Counted from the first letter of the whole stretch, positions 35,236-48,779 are shown. The stretch is DNA of 55,513 nt, filler included, from Sluysia triapertura (GCA_046118255.1; 4 parts of 4 records of this genome joined end to end with filler, not necessarily neighbours in it); one strand, 5' to 3'. Notes: generated by a model from the letters alone, not told the origin. Made by a program: numbers and translations.

Positions 35236-35963
35236 CTAAAAAATACAAATTAGTAATAAAAATTCTATTATTTTATAAAAATAACAATTATACAAATCAA
35301 CATCAATGATAATAAAATTTAATTTGACCTCCTTTAAATTATTTATTATATTTTACTAAATGTCTCCCCCTTTGTGGCATTGTTGTGTTTTGTGGGTGAT
35401 TATGCCGCAATAAAATAATCATAATCATATCTCACTTATCTCATTTTTAAATTAGAATGATATGCCCATTGTAAAATCACTATATGAAATAACGCTCAAA
35501 GCAATAAAGAGACATTCGTTACCAAGTCCCAATCAATAAGATACCCAGATTCCACACCAGTGATATAAGAAAATTTATTTTACTTCAAATTTGTATCCAT
35601 TTTTGTAAGTTATATTTTGTTAAGATTTGTCCTTTAAATAAATTAAGGGTTAATATTCGACTCAAACTATTTTCTAAATTTTTACTACTATATAAAAGAA
35701 CTAGGTATTGAAATCTTGATTGAAATTAATTTTCATGTGTCACCTATTGTTGTATTCATAAATAAATTAAACTTCTAATACAATAAGGTGTACTTATAAC
35801 TAGAGGTACCGCATGTATAAGGTACACATTGCAATCTAATGTTTTAATAACAATCTATTCAATCAATTTCTCCCAAATTATCATGTCCCTGGATCGGGAA
35901 AATTACTTTGTTTTTTTATGTAGTATTTTCTACTAAAATTATTATCCTACTTTTCATTAGTTT

Positions 35964-36015
35964 CAGTGTCGGATCTAGGGTTTTGAGCCCCCGGGTGAAA
36001 CAAAATTTGGCGCCC
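35964..36015 (+). mobile_element. hAT-like MITE terminus
   Basis: CAGTGTCGGATCTAGGG..GAGCCCCCGGG..GGCGCCC, a GC-rich CAG-initiated end typical of non-autonomous hAT elements. The partner end was not found. Confidence 0.45.
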
Positions 36016-37379
36016 TTTCATACAAGAATATACAAATTTACTGCGAATTAAAAAAATAGTAAAAAAAGACAAAAAATCAATATTACACAATAAAGAAGTG
36101 TATAAAAAATTTATTTAAAAAATAATACAATTGTTATTTACTTACAAGCAATACAACATATGGAATAACATAACGAGTGCATTTGAAGTTCCAGCGACGA
36201 ATGAGTGAGAACTTTGAAAAGTTATGCTATTCCTATTGCATACGTATAACATACAAGATTGTTAGTAATGCTATTTGTCAAAAATTCAATAACATAGTTA
36301 ATTACATTAATTTTTTTTAGTTCGTATTGTAAATACACAATATTATAACAATTTTGTAATACAACACACAATGAATCATCGAACATTTATACATTTATTA
36401 TAGTGGTTTTTGACATTATTTTGTAATATATTTATTGATTTTTATATTTTAATATTATTTTGTAATACATTCAAAGAATATTTATTGAATTATTGAATTT
36501 TTATTCTTTCGGATTTGGAATTTTTATTTGAATTTTTAAAGTAATTTTTGATTTGTAATTTTTGACTTTGAATATTAAAATTTTTAATTTAAAATTTTTA
36601 ATTTTTAATTAAAATTGAATTAACGTGATTTATAAATTTTTATAAAGATTCTAATTTTAAGATTTTTAATTTTGTTTCAACAATTTCAGAACTCAAATAC
36701 ACTTTTTAAAATATAATTTTCAATTACAATTCTTTGAGAGACTCAATCTCGATTTCAGTAGTTTTGGTAGATCGATACGATTGGAAAACTATTATACGAT
36801 TTAAAAAAATTATTGTTATAAATCACGTTATTTTAATTATTTTAAGGTAGATATTCCATAGTATCATAAGAAAAATCCTACTTAAATTCTTTTATTTAAC
36901 TATTAGATATTTTCATAGATCTTTACGCAAAATATTGTTTTTTAAAATTTGTGGATAAGAAATTAACTTACAGTTAATTTAAGTAAAATACACGTTTATC
37001 TTATTATTGTATTGTTATAAACCTTTTCAAGAATAAATTGCATTAACTCCTTTGAATTTTTATTATTATATATTATATAGCTTCAACTATAAAATCCATC
37101 ATCTTTTATGCTTTCTACCGCTAGAATTTACCTCTAGCTACGTAAAATAATATTTAAAGATTTTTTATAAAGGAATCAACGAAAAATCTGTTTATAAATT
37201 TGATTATTATTATTAATTCTCTTAAAATTTATTTGCCTCCAGACGACTAAGAGTTTTTAATACACAGCTAAAAGTTTTTTAGTGCACACGACACACTACT
37301 TTCTTTTAATTTATCAAAAAATCCAATGGCTGACCCTATCTGGTAAGCCCAGTACGTTGGTGAACTCATAATAAGTTCT

Positions 37380-37810
37380 TAATTTTATTCTAAGTAAATT
37401 TCTCACACATTAAAATAACAATTATTATTATTCTTGGTATACTTAAAAATAATGAATTTAACTTTAGTTTTTAATTTTCAATTCCTCACACTTAATTTTT
37501 TAATGGAAAATGTTTAAGGTTCTCATTTAAACCATTTCACAAACATTTCAACCTCATTTTCGGATTCTCCTATTTCATAGCAATTACTCCATATCCAACT
37601 CATAATCTCATTATCATTCTAAATATGAAAATTGCATCATTTCAAATTAAAAATTAATTAAAATTCGAATTTGCTCAATATGGAGGCTTTCCTCGAATGA
37701 ACTCGGTCAAACTCTTTAAAATACATATATACACAATTACAATTTTAATATAGCATTCCTCATTCAAAAGTTATTCACACAAATGTAATTTTTACAATTT
37801 TCTTATCGTG
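37380..37810 (-). mobile_element. Fragment of the large dispersed repeat
   Basis: Matches 50330-50670 directly, and 51380-51560 and 18530-18570 in inverted orientation. Confidence 0.7.
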
Positions 37811-38276
37811 TAAGATCTAGATCGGAGAGATATCTGTATTTTATTTCAAAAATATTATTTATTTTTTAATTACATAAATTATTATTTATTTAATTTAATT
37901 TGTTTTCTCTACAGAAGAAATAAATTCAATACTATCTCAGGTAGAAAAACTATTCCTACGTGTAAATTTCTAAGAAAATTAAGATTCTTAAATGTGTACA
38001 ACATTTGAATTTTCTTTTTAAAATATAATTGCATTTTTCTCAATTTATAAAATACTAATATTACTTGAAATTAGTATCATTATAATTGTAATATAAATTT
38101 AGAAGTATCAACAAAAAAATAAAATTTAACTTGTTCCAGTTTAGTTGTAATTTTATTTTTTAATTTGTGCTTTTTGTTAATCTATTAATCTATTTTAATA
38201 ATCTATTAAACTCAATATTACATTAATTATGAATAATTTTGTATTGCAATAAAATTTGAAATATAATTTTAATTAG

Positions 38277-38863
38277 GCTTTCCTATTATTGAAATTATTA
38301 GTCAAGAGTTATGTTTTTTCAAAGACATATTTATACACAATTATTTACCAAATGAAAAGGCATCAGTGGTAGTAAATGAAGGCCATGCTTTTGTAGTCAA
38401 TTGTCATAAACCATATTGCTGGCGTGGTATTCCTCCTCCTGGTTATATGATTATTAATCAATTTCCAAGTATTATGAGTTTCGAAAGATATTTAGCTTGT
38501 GGTTAGTTTTTTCATTGAATATAATTTCGAAGTTAGTTATATATTTTCAATTCATTTTGTATTTATAAAAAATACTACAGCTATATAGAAACTACTTTCA
38601 AATGAGGTTTTCTGAAAATATAATTTTGCAGTGCTCATTTAAACGTAATCCGTGGCCCATAATATACGCTTTTTTCTTTCATTTAGAAGATTTATTCCAC
38701 ATAATATATATTTAATAATTTTGTCGTTTGAAGTTCCTTAGAATTTCAAAAAATAAATAAAGTGGTTTTATTTATTTTAGACGACTATAAATTGCTAAGC
38801 AATTATCGAAAATATACTGGCAATGGTTTTTTAATTATGGCCGAATTAGAAATTGATACTTGA
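38277..38863 (+). CDS. DUF1330-like (dimeric alpha-beta barrel) protein, 5' end unresolved
   Basis: Exons 38277-38501 and 38781-38863 (possible upstream exon 37915-37961) give FPIIEIISQELCFFKDIFIHNYLPNEKASVVVNEGHAFVVNCHKPYCWRGIPPPGYMIINQFPSIMSFERYLACDDYKLLSNYRKYTGNGFLIMAELEIDT*. The pattern Y..G..G.pp..hhh.FPS..Y..L...R follows DUF1330. Confidence 0.65.
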
Positions 38864-39132
38864 TAATTATAAATGAAAAGTCGTATTCTTGTATCTATAG
38901 TGACCTTTAGTTTTTATTTAAATATTTTAACTGTTTATAATTATAAATTTCTAAATTTTAAACGCTATAAAATATAAATAAAATCTTATTCAAAAATTTG
39001 GTCACGAGCATTAATTTCAATATGAATTCGACTTTTGATGTTTTTGTAGTTTTTTGTATTGTATATCAGTACAGATAAAAAATATACAAAAATATATTAA
39101 TTGTCTTCATTATTATTTTAATCATTATATGT

Positions 39133-39555
39133 TCAAGGTATCAGATTATTTATATATGATATTTTATCATAAACAAATGTAACTAAATCATTTATTTCTT
39201 TGTTATATTTTATTTTCTTTAAGTTCTTCATGTCGTGATTGAATTTCCTAAGATTAATTTTGATTTCTTTAATTTTGTAATGAGGATTGTATTTCACATT
39301 TTCATTTATAGCTTGGTTTAATTCCAGCATCAAAGTTATAATTTCCTGAAAAAATATGAAATATTCATCACTAGTCTTTAATAAACGATCTATCAGATCA
39401 TTTAAAATAATATCTAAGTGTTTGGAATATTTATCAAACACATCTGTATTTAAAATATTAAAACTATTTTGGAAATGATTATTAGTTTTTTCGAATATCG
39501 ATATACACGAATTTAAGGAGTTTTCAATTTTAGTGATTCTTTCCTGATCTTTCAT
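39133..39555 (-). CDS. Hypothetical 140-aa helical protein (intronless ORF)
   Basis: ATG-to-TGA ORF of 423 bp in very AT-rich DNA, with amphipathic-helix composition. It lies head-to-head with INIP. Confidence 0.6.
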   Translation of the reverse strand: MKDQERITKIENSLNSCISIFEKTNNHFQNSFNILNTDVFDKYSKHLDIILNDLIDRLLKTSDEYFIFFQEIITLMLELNQAINENVKYNPHYKIKEIKINLRKFNHDMKNLKKIKYNKEINDLVTFVYDKISYINNLIP

Positions 39556-39885
39556 AACTAATTTTTTTAAATTTATTAAATTGATATAGTAATAATTTTT
39601 ACTTCTTCAAAATTATTTCCTGAAAAAACTATTATTAAAATATTAAAATGTGTTATTTCGATATTTTGTATTACATATTGGTATAAAAGAACTAATAATT
39701 TTTAAAATACAAATTGAAATTTATTTAATGCAATTTGTTTTAATATGGATCATTATTATAATATAGTTTATTTCAATATAATTTTTTATTAATATTAAAT
39801 AACTATAATTATTTATTATTTATCATTAAATTTTTATAATTTTGTAATATGTGATGGATTATTAATTTTTGTTTTTTGTTTCTGT

Positions 39886-40118
39886 ATGGAAGGTTTTTTT
39901 AATTTATTATGAAATTTAACAAAATAGAAAACAGAAAGAAAATTCGTGATGCAATAGATGAGCAAAAGAATCAATTAATGATGAAAGACAATTCAGATAC
40001 AAGAGTGGATAATTCACAAATACTTCTACAACAGGAATTAAGTCGTTCATCTGGATCGTATTTGTTGGTTGATTCTACTTATAATAATCCCATAATACCA
40101 TATTTTCCTAGAAGTTAA
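39886..40118 (+). CDS. INIP: SOSS complex subunit C / INTS3 and NABP interacting protein
   Basis: Exons 39886-39892 and 39928-40118 (35-nt GT-AG intron) give 65 aa: MEENRKKIRDAIDEQKNQLMMKDNS..LLQQELSRSSGSYLLVDSTYNNPIIPYFPRS. This parallels INIP NRVAILAELDKEKRKLLMQNQS and SSGYFITQDSAFGNLILPVLPR. Confidence 0.8.
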
Positions 40119-40879
40119 TCTGTTTACTTATGTTGCTTACAGCGAATTAAGTGTTTTATTGTTTTAAATTTATCTACGGCTTCAATATATTTAATATTAA
40201 AAATTATTAATTTTAGTTAAAGTTATTAATTGGCAAATTTATTTTAACGTTTATTTTATAGCTTATTTAAGTTATTTGAAATGTGCATGTAAGATAAAGA
40301 GACACTGTTAATTATGTTATAACTATATTAAATTTCAAAAGACCTTCATATTTAAGGCTTTGGAATTTATATTATCTAAGCTATCGATTCGTTAAAACTG
40401 TGTGATGCCCTTTTTAAAATGCAGTTAATTGAGTGAAACCATACGACAATAGTTGGTCCTAATTAAATGTGGTAAATATTAGTGAATTTTTATAGATATC
40501 TATTTTAAATATGTACATGCTGAACTCTGATTAATAACATCTTTGAATTTTCTTTGTTAAAAATTGATTTTAGAATTAATTTGAAATATTCTCAATAGTA
40601 TGTAACTTATTCTGCATGAGATTCTTTTATAATATAAATTATTTTGATGTACAAAGCAGTAATTTGAAATAATTAAAAACGAATAAACTATAATCAGTTT
40701 TACCAATTTCGATATTTTTCACAAATAAATGGGCTTATTATATGTTAAAGTCAATGTATTATTGTGCTCTGATTTTTTATCTTTTGTTAAAACAATTATA
40801 ATATTATTACGGGTTTGCTTGTAATCTTGTGTTTGATTTCCCTACGGAAGACACAGTTACATGTTTTCGTAGAATGTTC

Positions 40880-41264
40880 TTAATTGATGTGCTAGTATTT
40901 TCTTATACTTAACAAATTATCTGATAGGTCAGTTCGCCTAATATATACGTTTTACACCAAACTTGGAGACGTACTATTAGGTTTTGAAATATTAAAACTT
41001 AACTTAAAGTCTAAGTAGATTAGTTACTTTTATCGTTTACTTGATGATACAATAAATTAATTCTATACTTCGTATTTATTATAATTCGACAACTAAATAA
41101 ATACTTAAATTGACTTTTCTAAGTCGTTGGATTTTATTTATGTTCCACAACCCTTTTATTAAGGTGTTGTTAAATAAAAGTAGGTTTCACAACTCTCTTA
41201 ATGAGATGTTGTATGAAAAATGTGATTTTATGATTTTACACAACCCTTCTTTAAATTAAGGTGT
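40880..41264 (-). mobile_element. Fragment of the large dispersed repeat with hairpin and tandem palindromes
   Basis: Inverted match to 14855-14940 and 19300-19540, with three ACAAC..GTTGT units at 41147-41264. Confidence 0.7.
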
Positions 41265-41364
41265 NNNNNNNNNNNNNNNNNNNNNNNNNNNNNNNNNNNN
41301 NNNNNNNNTTAATTAATTAANNNNNNNNNNNNNNNNNNNNNNNNNNNNNNNNNNNNNNNNNNNN
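41265..41364. other. Artificial contig linker / assembly gap
   Basis: 44 N + TTAATTAATTAA + 44 N. Confidence 0.99.
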
Positions 41365-42645
41365 CAAATAATTGCGAAAGTTCTTGTGACATTAAGAACA
41401 TTACATATTGTTAGAATTTACTTTGTTTAATAGATTGAAAACTTTTATATTATGTGAGTCCTTTATGATATGGGGCTTACACAATTAAGGGCCAATTCAT
41501 AGATGTCAGCTCAAGAATAAGATTGCACTTTTTATGGAGGTCAAAAAAGTAAGATGTACTATTTGCAGTGATTTAGATTTGCCATATTTTTTATGATTTT
41601 ATATTTGATCTAAAATGATTTCTTTTTAATGTCTTTTAAATTAATATAATTCATGTATTTTATGGGTATTTTGTAATTATATAAATTGGATGATATTCGT
41701 GAGGTTTTTTAATGAAAGTCTTCAATTTCAAAAATTATATTAATTAATTTGCAACTATCAATAAGACGTATTATACGAACAATAGTATATAATTGTAAAA
41801 TTTTGGTAAAACAGCAATATATAATATCAAAAATGAATTTCAATACACAATAATAAATACAATTGTAAATTTTGATTGTACAGCAATATACAATGTCAAA
41901 TTAAAAATGAATTTCAATAAACAACAATAAATAAATTTTTTTAAAAATTATTTACTCTTACGAGTAAAAAACTTAAAATAAACTTACTAATTTTTTAATA
42001 TGGCAAAAGATAATTTGATATCCTCCTTTAAAAATCGTAAATTATATTATAAATTCAACCGAAACTAGTATTCGAATTTCTGATTTTTCTCAAATATTTC
42101 GAAAAATTCGTTTTCGGAAATGTATGATTTTAAAGGGTTGTTATGGCAGTTGAGTACCAACCCATGCCTTATTTAATTTTTAAAGCTAAACATTAACAAT
42201 AATTCAAGTTATAAATTAAAACATAAAAGTACTCCAAATAAATTTCAAAAAACATAGTGTTAAAATTAAAGTTAAAAATTAAAGTAATAAAACAGTTAAG
42301 ATTTTTAATACATTACTTAGAAAAAAATATTAAAGCAATACTTTTTCAAAAATACAAATTAATAATTAATTCACACTGCAAATCTTATTGATAAAACAAA
42401 CTTAGAAACTATCAATATTATTTACTGATCTAGATACATGAATAAGTGTAACTTTTGAGTTGAGTACACATTTAACTGCTGAAATTACGGTTCCCTTAGA
42501 AATAATTTTCATTTTTATAAATGATAAAGAAACCAATGAATAAAAATAAAAATAAAAAATTGTGTTATAATTGATTATATCAAATATTATTCTATAAATA
42601 CAAATGAGAAATATGATATGGAAAGAAATATATTACATCACAGAT

Positions 42646-45600
42646 TTAAATTTGCCTTGTGTTGTCATTTGAAGATGAGATGAGAGGTTGGAAAGATGTA
42701 CGTTTCAGTGTAGGAAAATAAAAATCGTACGTTTCTTGGGCAATAGAATTGATGGACATTGGCAATGAAGATAATGTACTGTTATATAAAGAATTTTGTA
42801 TTGGGGGGATGTTGATGTTACAATCTGATGATATTTCTGAAGAATCAGAAATCGATTTATTAGTAATCGGAAGTGGTGGTAATAAAGGTGGATGAATTAC
42901 TTTGCTTTCAATATCTTCTAAATAATAAATTTTAGAAGAATTATTGTTAGAGCTTGATGTTTCTGCATTATCAGATTTATATTGTTTACAATTACAAATA
43001 AATCTTAAACGACCTTGAACACCAAACTGAATTATACAAATAAACAAAAACATTATGAAAACAAGAAGAGCTACACCAATTCCGGTAAGTAAACCTATTT
43101 TTAAGCTGGTTAATCTTTCCGATTCTTCAAAATCATTATTTACCACATTAGTTTTCTTATTTTTATTTATCGAATATTTACTTGCAGAAACATTTTCCAA
43201 AATAGATATACTTTTAATCGGTGCAGGAGTAACATTCAATTGTTTATGAGTTTCCATAGCATGAGTTAAACCAGACCATACTTCTTGACCACCACATCCT
43301 TCAGTTAAAATTACAGGAACTTTATTTGATGTTGAATTTATCGCTTTTAACCAATCATATTTCCTGATTTTCTGATTAGCTTTTACTGAATGGCGCTTTG
43401 AGCCAATCAACAAATCGTATTGATTATCGTGAAATGTAGCCAAATCTAATACAACACCGTTATTGAAATATACATTACTCTTTAAAATACACCAATCATG
43501 TTTTGATATATCATAATTAGCTTCCAATTCAATTAAACCATATTGGTTTTCACCTAACCAATGAACTTTATCCCATCTATTATTAACACGATATGATTGG
43601 ATACAAGTAACTTGCACTTTTTCTACATCTGTCCAATGATTAGGCATTACTGATATAATGTCACTGGTAAGTTCATAATTTGCTTCATAAGTAGACATTA
43701 AACGAATTGTAGATGTTATATTTTTTATTGGATAAATAATAAACATATTTAATGATTGGATAATTTTAAATGAATTTGGTGGTTCAATGATAAAATGTGT
43801 CGTATTGAAATAGTTAGTAACATCTATCCATGGTCGCAAATATTGATCTTTATCAACATTATCATCATCATTGGATTGCATTGTGGCGCCTAAACATGAT
43901 TCTACGGATCCACTGTTTGTTCGACAAAGTCTAGGAATTATACAACATATTAATTTAGACAAACCATTTGGCAAAAATAATAAATAAAAAATAATAGTTT
44001 GAAAAAGTGAATATGGTGATTATGAAATTGATATTATTATGAACATAAATAAGAAGTATGAAATCTATCCTAGATAGAATAAATATATTCTACAACAATC
44101 TAAAACTCTTTCGTATTTTTGATAATTCACTGAAAACATTTTTATAACAGCTTTTCCGGTGTCAGTGAAATCTTAATATGCTTATTTAACGTCGTTATTT
44201 GGTAGAAACATTTTAAGATTTAATAAATTAAATAGTAAATCTAAATAAGATTAAAATTAGTAATTAATTTTCTAACTACATTTTAACTTATATAAAATTC
44301 TAAATTTCTACTAAATTTGTAATTTTAATTAATTAAAATTAGTTTTCATATAATTGTTTTTTCGTTCTATAATATAATTTTAATATGGCGTAAATTTTCT
44401 ATTTATTAAATAGAAAAAATTGTTTTTCATTTTCTAGAAAAACTATATAAATATTTTCTATATTTTTTGTTATGTAATTTCATTTATATAATTACTCTAT
44501 TTCCGTTACAATTTTACAAAGTAATATTTCCTGTTCAGTATTTTCAGTTTTAATTTTCATTAATTATTCTTCATTTTGTCGTATTTTATCTAACAGTTTT
44601 AGCTATTCACATTTTTCATTGAATTTATTACCGATTACGTTATTTGATTTAATTATTAATTTTTTAATATTTAAAATTTATTTTTTAATTAATCAACACA
44701 ATAATTTTTTAATCAACTGTAATTCGAGTTGCGTAATAATATTGTAAGAACTATAAACTCTATTTTAATACAAAATACTGTCAATTCCATTAATCAGTTA
44801 CCATTTACACATTTAGTCTAGAAAATACTTTAAGTTTAATATTATTTAAGATTCAATTCATTAATTGTAATTTGATTTAAATGGCGTTTTTAACCATACG
44901 TAACAATAATTATAATTTATTTCGAAAATGAAAAAATAAAAACAAGACAACTTAATTTTTTCATCACTTTAGACATTACGATAATTATGTAGAGTGATTA
45001 TATTTGTACAAATTACTTAATGATAGATTTAATATCTTATTCAATTACGTGATAACATAGTTATAGCAAATTAATTTTTCTTTCAGGTATGTAATAAATA
45101 TTTGCGGTTTAATAATTGATTTAAATAATCTTTTGACATTTTTACTTACCTTACACCAATCTTCATTACAATTGGCTGAAATAAAGTCACACATTGATTT
45201 TCATTGGAAATTATTCTCCAATTTGTTATGGGGCTTGAATACGAATTTGACAAAGTGATTTGCCAACTTTCAGCATCAATTGGTCGCCATGCTGCTTCAA
45301 TATTAGCAACTAAGTGAAAGTAATTAGCTAAGCGAACAGGTACAGCCCAGCCTAATTTATCGCCCCAATTTGTTTTCGATAATATATTCATATTACTCTT
45401 ATTTTTACAAGACGGTGATTTGTATTTAAGAGACCATTCGCATTTATATTGATCTAAAGGAAACCAGTTCCATTTTTCACCGAATATAAATGGCTGAATA
45501 AAGGACGATATTGTTCCGTGCTCATGTTCATCTAATTGAATGTTATACGTAGACACAGGCTAAAAATTTAAAATATATCTTATTTTAATCAACTAACAAA

Positions 45601-48028
45601 TATTTTTTAAATATTCAAAAATTTTAAATTAATAATAAAAATCACTGTTAGGAAGGAATGCCAAAAAATAATTCAATGTTAAAAATCCTTTAATTTAAAG
45701 TAGTAAAGCTAAAATAAATTTTGCATTAAAAAGTGCGCATAAAGCACGAGACGAATAATAAAAGCTTAAGAAACATGAAAAGTAGATAATCAGTGCAAGT
45801 ATTTATTGTATTGGTTAACCTTTTAATTTTTCTATTAAAGGGGAAGTCAAAACAATTTTCATGTATCATATTACTAGAAAATAAGTAGTTAAATTTACAA
45901 TAGGGTCCATTGGACCCGACTGGTAGGCGGATATTTAATATAGTTGTTTTAGTTAAATTAAATAAAAATAAAACAATTTTATTCAAAAATTTTTCGATAT
46001 TTGAAGATTCAAAACGAATTAGTAAAATTATTTATATACTTTAATTCATTCAATTAAATAGCAGACTTAAAGCTAAGCTAAGAAAATGTATAACTTCCAA
46101 AAGATGATATTAACAAATTTTTCTCATAAAGCTGTAGGCCAAATATCATCTCAAGTTTTCATTGTTTTTTAAAACATAAATTCATTTAAAAATTAAATAA
46201 AAGATCTCTATAGATAATAATCCATCTGATTCTAATTCTAAGATGTCCAAATAGGCAAAAAAAGAAGTTTTTCATTTGAAAAATTAAAGTAACATTTAAT
46301 CACAAAATACAGAAAATTTTTCTCAATTTATTTTGGGGTTTTTGGTTTTAAAACCTTATCTAGTTATACTTCACTAAGATTCAACACTGACACTATTAAT
46401 CAGAATTTAGAATTCATTTCGATAATTTAATGAATTCAACCTAAGATAGATCAAATTTACGTATTAAATGGATTCCAAAATTGCTTTAAAATAAGAAAAT
46501 AGACATTTTTGATGCATGAAATCAAGTTTTATTTTTGAAAGGATTATTGGAACTTATATTTTACATTCAGCAATTTTACAAAATCTTACTTCAACATAAG
46601 TAATAATATCATTTTGTGATTTATCATCGCAATATAAATGAATTCGATACTGTGGTTTTTTCAACTCATTTTCTGTTATTAAACTTCTATAATGTCCATC
46701 ATTAAATTCCACTTTTGTTATGAGAGGTGTAATGAAACATTCACTTGGATGATTTAACTGGGATCGGTAAAACTGTGACTGGACGTTCAGTATGTCTAAT
46801 CTGCAATTTTATTAAAAATTATATATATTTAACATTTAATAAATTATTTTTTAAAATTGATTAAATTTTATATTATCTAATTTGTTTATATTATACATGC
46901 TTTAAGCTATGAAAAGGTTTCAAATATTTTTTCGCGAAAGCAAAACTATTATTAATAATTTTAACGTATTACTAAATTATTATTTATGTAATTATAGCCA
47001 TTTCATCAATCAATGCATCTATTCAACAAGGATTACTATGGTATTATCATTGTTGTGTATTCATAAACAAACATTTTATTGCGCAATGTTTATTTAAAGA
47101 AACTTGTGATTAGATAAATAAAATATTCCAACCTTTCAACTCTTTCTGGAAAAATATCTGAACCACTTCGAAATAATGTTACCTCAATATACTTTATACC
47201 ATGTTTAATACTTATTTGACTTTTAATATTCCAAAAATTAGATTTTAATTCATTCACATTTATAATTCTTAATGTTTCACTAAATTCTACCTGTAAGTGG
47301 TAAACTTTAATTGAAGAATTAGATGTAAGTGAGACTTTTACTGGAAATATTTGATTTTCTATAATTGTATGTGTTGGGAGTCCAATTAAAATTTGGCTTG
47401 AATTTATCGTTATTTGTTTTGAATTTGTCCACATCATTGGAAAGTTTTCATTAAATAATAAAAAACGTGCTGATAAAGACTTTGTTAAAATTTGATCTTG
47501 AAATAATAGATCAGCATCCGCTATTCCATAACCCCAATTATTAGTTGTACCGATTACTTTTTTCAGATCAAACTTCACATCACATAAAACTGGTGATATA
47601 GTAAACTTCATTTTGCACCTGCTTGTCACACTATACAATTTATGATTTATTTTTACTTTAACGTTAACCGAACAAATAGCAGATTTTTTCATGTATTCAA
47701 TGTCAAATAGATTCATGTCATAATCTAAAAAGCATAAAACTCTTAAACTTTTATTTGATTCATCTAATTTTAAATAATTTTCATTGACATGCAGTGATAA
47801 ATTCCAAGGTACGTTCAGATATTGAACAAATTCATTAACTTTATTAAACTCTTCTAATAATATTTCTGACTTCAATAAATTATATCTTTGTGTTAAGATG
47901 ACAAATGTATGATTGAAACCAGTTATATCTTGATTAATAACTGGTAAAACGAGATATGCATTATATCCAGGAATCACTGGTAAAAATAAAAGTAAATTAA
48001 ATATTCTGCAAAAATTAAAAATATGCAT
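42646..48028 (-). CDS. TMEM132: Transmembrane protein 132 family (detonator-like) type I membrane protein, about 933 aa
   Basis: Exons 48028-47133, 46800-46590, 45559-45150 and 43930-42646 total 2802 nt in frame. Signal-peptide-like start; AWRPI..WQITLSN..PITNWRI..QCVTLFQ (compare VWVPRLPLQIEVSD..IKGWRV..GCTLQYQ); LG..WIDVT; and RLTSLKIGLLTGIGVALLVFIMFLFIC (compare [26 protein letters not shown]). Confidence 0.85.
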
Positions 48029-48779
48029 GAATTATTTATTTGATCTAAATCAAAATTAAATATTATGTAAATTATGAAATAATTTAAAGAATGAATTTTT
48101 TAAAATATATTTTGTTTGTTTATTTAGAATACCAATTTTTAATTATTGATAATCAAGTAAACATCAAACTAAATCTAGAAAAACTATTTTAAGTTCTAAA
48201 TACTATTGTAAAAATTCAGCTTTAGATTATACTAATACTAATAATAATAATAAATAATAACGATAAAAATAAAGTAATAATGTTAATAATCAAATAAAAA
48301 TAATAACACAATAATAATGATAATAATAATTTTATAATAATAATGTACGTAATAATAATGTGATTTCTTTTAAACATTTAATCTATAATCATAAAAATAA
48401 ACAATTGACATTAGGGAGTTCTCCTGCGATCAGAAACTTGTGCATTTAAGGACTCATCCATAGGATTTAGAAAATCGAAAGTGATAGGATAAAATTATGG
48501 AGGATAAAAGAAACTTGAGCTTATATGCAAATAAATATTGATATGCCAACTTAAGATAACTTGATTTAAATTCTGGTGAATAACCTTGGCTCGATGTACA
48601 AACTTTAACTTAATTTAATTTGAGCTTACAAAAAATTCATTAAATAATTATGATATCGTATCCTAAGGAAAAGCTTACAATCACAGTTGTCTTTAATGAT
48701 TTAAGGGCTCGTCCATATGATCTAAATATAAAATAATCGAGTAATGTCAAATACTTAAATTCAACATTCGTATAACTTT

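Noticed and set aside
41147-41264. Repeat-spacer pattern resembling a CRISPR array or integron attC sites (AAC..GTT)
   Set aside because: Only three degenerate units with uneven spacers, a eukaryotic context, and no cas or integron integrase. Kept only as a palindrome family.
43055-43249. 64-aa plus-strand ORF (similarly 34955-35179, 3971-4159, 10405-10611)
   Set aside because: These are antisense or alternative-frame shadows of real exons or of the SINE.
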